40,314 bases of DNA from a virus (lineage: Duplodnaviria; Heunggongvirae; Uroviricota; Caudoviricetes), in the IMG/VR virus record IMGVR_UViG_2563366990_000017, positions 1 through 40,314 of that record. The stretch is one strand, 5' to 3'. The position numbers and the translations under genes are program-made. Below the pieces are notes generated by a model. That model was not told where the DNA came from and ran no database searches. It worked only from the letters and a program-made list of their open reading frames with translations. Of the stretch, positions 38,626 through 40,314 are shown one piece after another; within the stretch, counting starts at the first letter, position 1, and every line of letters begins with the position of its first letter.

Positions 38626-39066
38626 GATACCCTTCAAACCAAATCTACCTTCACCCCGTAAAAGATGGGTTTGGCAGCACACTTGCCCTATATCTACTCA
38701 TTTTTACTGCAACAGGTTGAAATCTCAGCACTGTCAGAAAGCGCTGATGACTAAACAGCCCTGGGCCGGGCGATGTAACCATCATACAGAATCCTGATAG
38801 CGAAATATGGCGTGACTCGATACTTCACTCTGCAATGCATTCCTTGATGAATTCGCAGGCCCGTGATACACGGGACACGTCGCTGAATGACGACAATGTC
38901 CTGGAAATCAGCGAACCGCGTATCCGGAGTACATTTGAGCGACTGTACCAGAACATGAATGAGGCGTTTGGATTAGGTGATTATTAGCAGGGGTAAGCAT
39001 TTTTGTATTATTATTTTCCGGTTGAGGGATATGGAGATATCGACAACAACCGGAAAAAGTTTACGT

Positions 39067-40314
39067 CTATATTGCTGAAGGTACAGGCGTTTCCATAACT
39101 ATTTGCTCGCGTTTTTTACTCAGGAAGAAAATGCCAAATAGCAACATCAGGCAGACAATACCCGAAATTGCGAAGAAAACTGTCTGGTAGCCTGCGTGGT
39201 CAAAGAGTATCCCAGTCGGCGTTGAAAGCAGCACAATCCCAAGCGAACTGGCAATTTGAAAACCAATCAGAAAGATCGTCGACGACAGGCGCTTATCAAA
39301 GTTTGCCACGCTGTATTTGAAGACGGATATGACACAAAGTGGAACCTCAATGGCATGTAACAGCTTCACTAATGAAATAATCCAGGGGTTAACGAACAGC
39401 GCGCAGGAAAGGATACGCAACGCCATAATCACAACACCGATAAGTAATGCATTTTTTGGCCCTACCCGATTCACAAAGAAAGGAATAATCGCCATGCACA
39501 GCGCTTCGAGTACCACCTGGAATGAGTTGAGATAACCATACAGGCGCGTTCCTACATCGTGTGATTCGAATAAACCTGCATAAAAGACAGGAAAGAGTTG
39601 TTGATCAAAAATGTTATAGAAAGACCACGTCCCCACAATAAATATGACAAAAACCCAGAAGTTTCGATCCTTGAAAACTGCGATAAAATCCTCTTTTTTT
39701 ACCCCTCCCGCATCCGCCGCTATGCACTGGTGATCCTTATCTTTAAAACGCATGTTGATCATCATAAATACAGCGCCAAATAGCGAGACCAACCAGAAGT
39801 TGATATGGGGACTGATACTAAAAAATATACCAGCAAAGAACGCGCCAATAGCATAGCCAAAAGATCCCCAGGCGCGCGCTGTTCCATATTCGAAATGAAA
39901 ATTTCGCGCCATTTTTTCGGTGAAGCTGTCAAGCAAACCGCATCCCGCCAGATACCCCAGGCCAAAAAAGAGCGCCCCCAGAATTAGACCTACAGAAAAA
40001 TTGCTTTGCAGTAACGGTTCATAAACGTAAATCATAAACGGTCCGGTCAAGACCAGAATGAAACTCATACACCAGATGAGCGGTTTCTTCAGACCGAGTT
40101 TATCCTGAACGATGCCGTAGAACATCATAAATAGAATGCTGGTAAACTGGTTGACCGAATAAAGTGTACCTAATTCCGTCCCTGTTAATCCTAGATGTCC
40201 TTTCAGCCAAATAGCGTATAACGACCACCACAGCGACCAGGAAATAAAAAAGAGAAATGAGTAACTGGATGCAAAACGATAGTACGCATTTCTGAATGGA
40301 ATATTCAGTGCCAT
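39067..40314 (-). CDS. cscB: Sucrose permease, LacY-family MFS oligosaccharide:H+ symporter (bacterial flank)
   Basis: 415 aa with 12 predicted TM helices and LacY-like motifs. From memory resembles CscB, whose locus lies next to argW in csc-positive E. coli. Start codon at the window edge (40312-40314). Confidence 0.75.
   Translation of the reverse strand: MALNIPFRNAYYRFASSYSFLFFISWSLWWSLYAIWLKGHLGLTGTELGTLYSVNQFTSILFMMFYGIVQDKLGLKKPLIWCMSFILVLTGPFMIYVYEPLLQSNFSVGLILGALFFGLGYLAGCGLLDSFTEKMARNFHFEYGTARAWGSFGYAIGAFFAGIFFSISPHINFWLVSLFGAVFMMINMRFKDKDHQCIAADAGGVKKEDFIAVFKDRNFWVFVIFIVGTWSFYNIFDQQLFPVFYAGLFESHDVGTRLYGYLNSFQVVLEALCMAIIPFFVNRVGPKNALLIGVVIMALRILSCALFVNPWIISLVKLLHAIEVPLCVISVFKYSVANFDKRLSSTIFLIGFQIASSLGIVLLSTPTGILFDHAGYQTVFFAISGIVCLMLLFGIFFLSKKREQIVMETPVPSAI

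Noticed and set aside
38626-39013. Possible small ORF (~50 codons) in the attR-to-cscB intergenic region
   Set aside because: No RBS, several alternative starts, and the position suggests bacterial 3' flanking DNA. Not supportable without conservation data.

Overview
The window is almost entirely one ~38.6-kb mosaic P22-like (short-tailed, lambdoid) prophage, with a bacterial sucrose-permease-like gene (cscB-like) at the right edge. All calls are from reading the translations and sequence by eye; no searches or tools were run, and protein identities rest on recalled similarity to classical phage proteins. Left to right: a P4/IntS-type integrase, a truncated gtrA remnant, and then on the minus strand the late operon (tailspike, Bro-N antirepressor, gp16/20/7/14/26/10/4 ejection and tail proteins, coat, scaffold, portal, TerL, Sf6-like TerS, a KilA-N gene, lambda-type Rz/Rz1/R/S lysis genes, two tRNA-like genes, Q, the nin region, a DnaB-type helicase, an O-like initiator with ori iterons, lambda-like cII, cro). 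The P22 immI switch (arc, mnt with their operators) sits between ant and gp16. On the plus strand are a CI-type repressor, lambda-like nutL and N, SieB-like and cIII-like genes, RecT, several unknown early genes and an AlpA-type excisionase. The right prophage end carries a tRNA 3'-end-like core (attR) about 440 bp before cscB. The most interesting candidate cargo is an AT-rich two-gene module (193-aa soluble protein plus a multi-pass membrane protein) downstream of mnt, and an AT-rich acidic moron bracketed by two terminators in the early-left operon. Also notable: a tailspike with a conserved head-binding N-terminus and a divergent AT-rich receptor domain, and a tRNA 3' half split in two around the excisionase gene. 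No CRISPR array, IS element or toxin cargo was seen.
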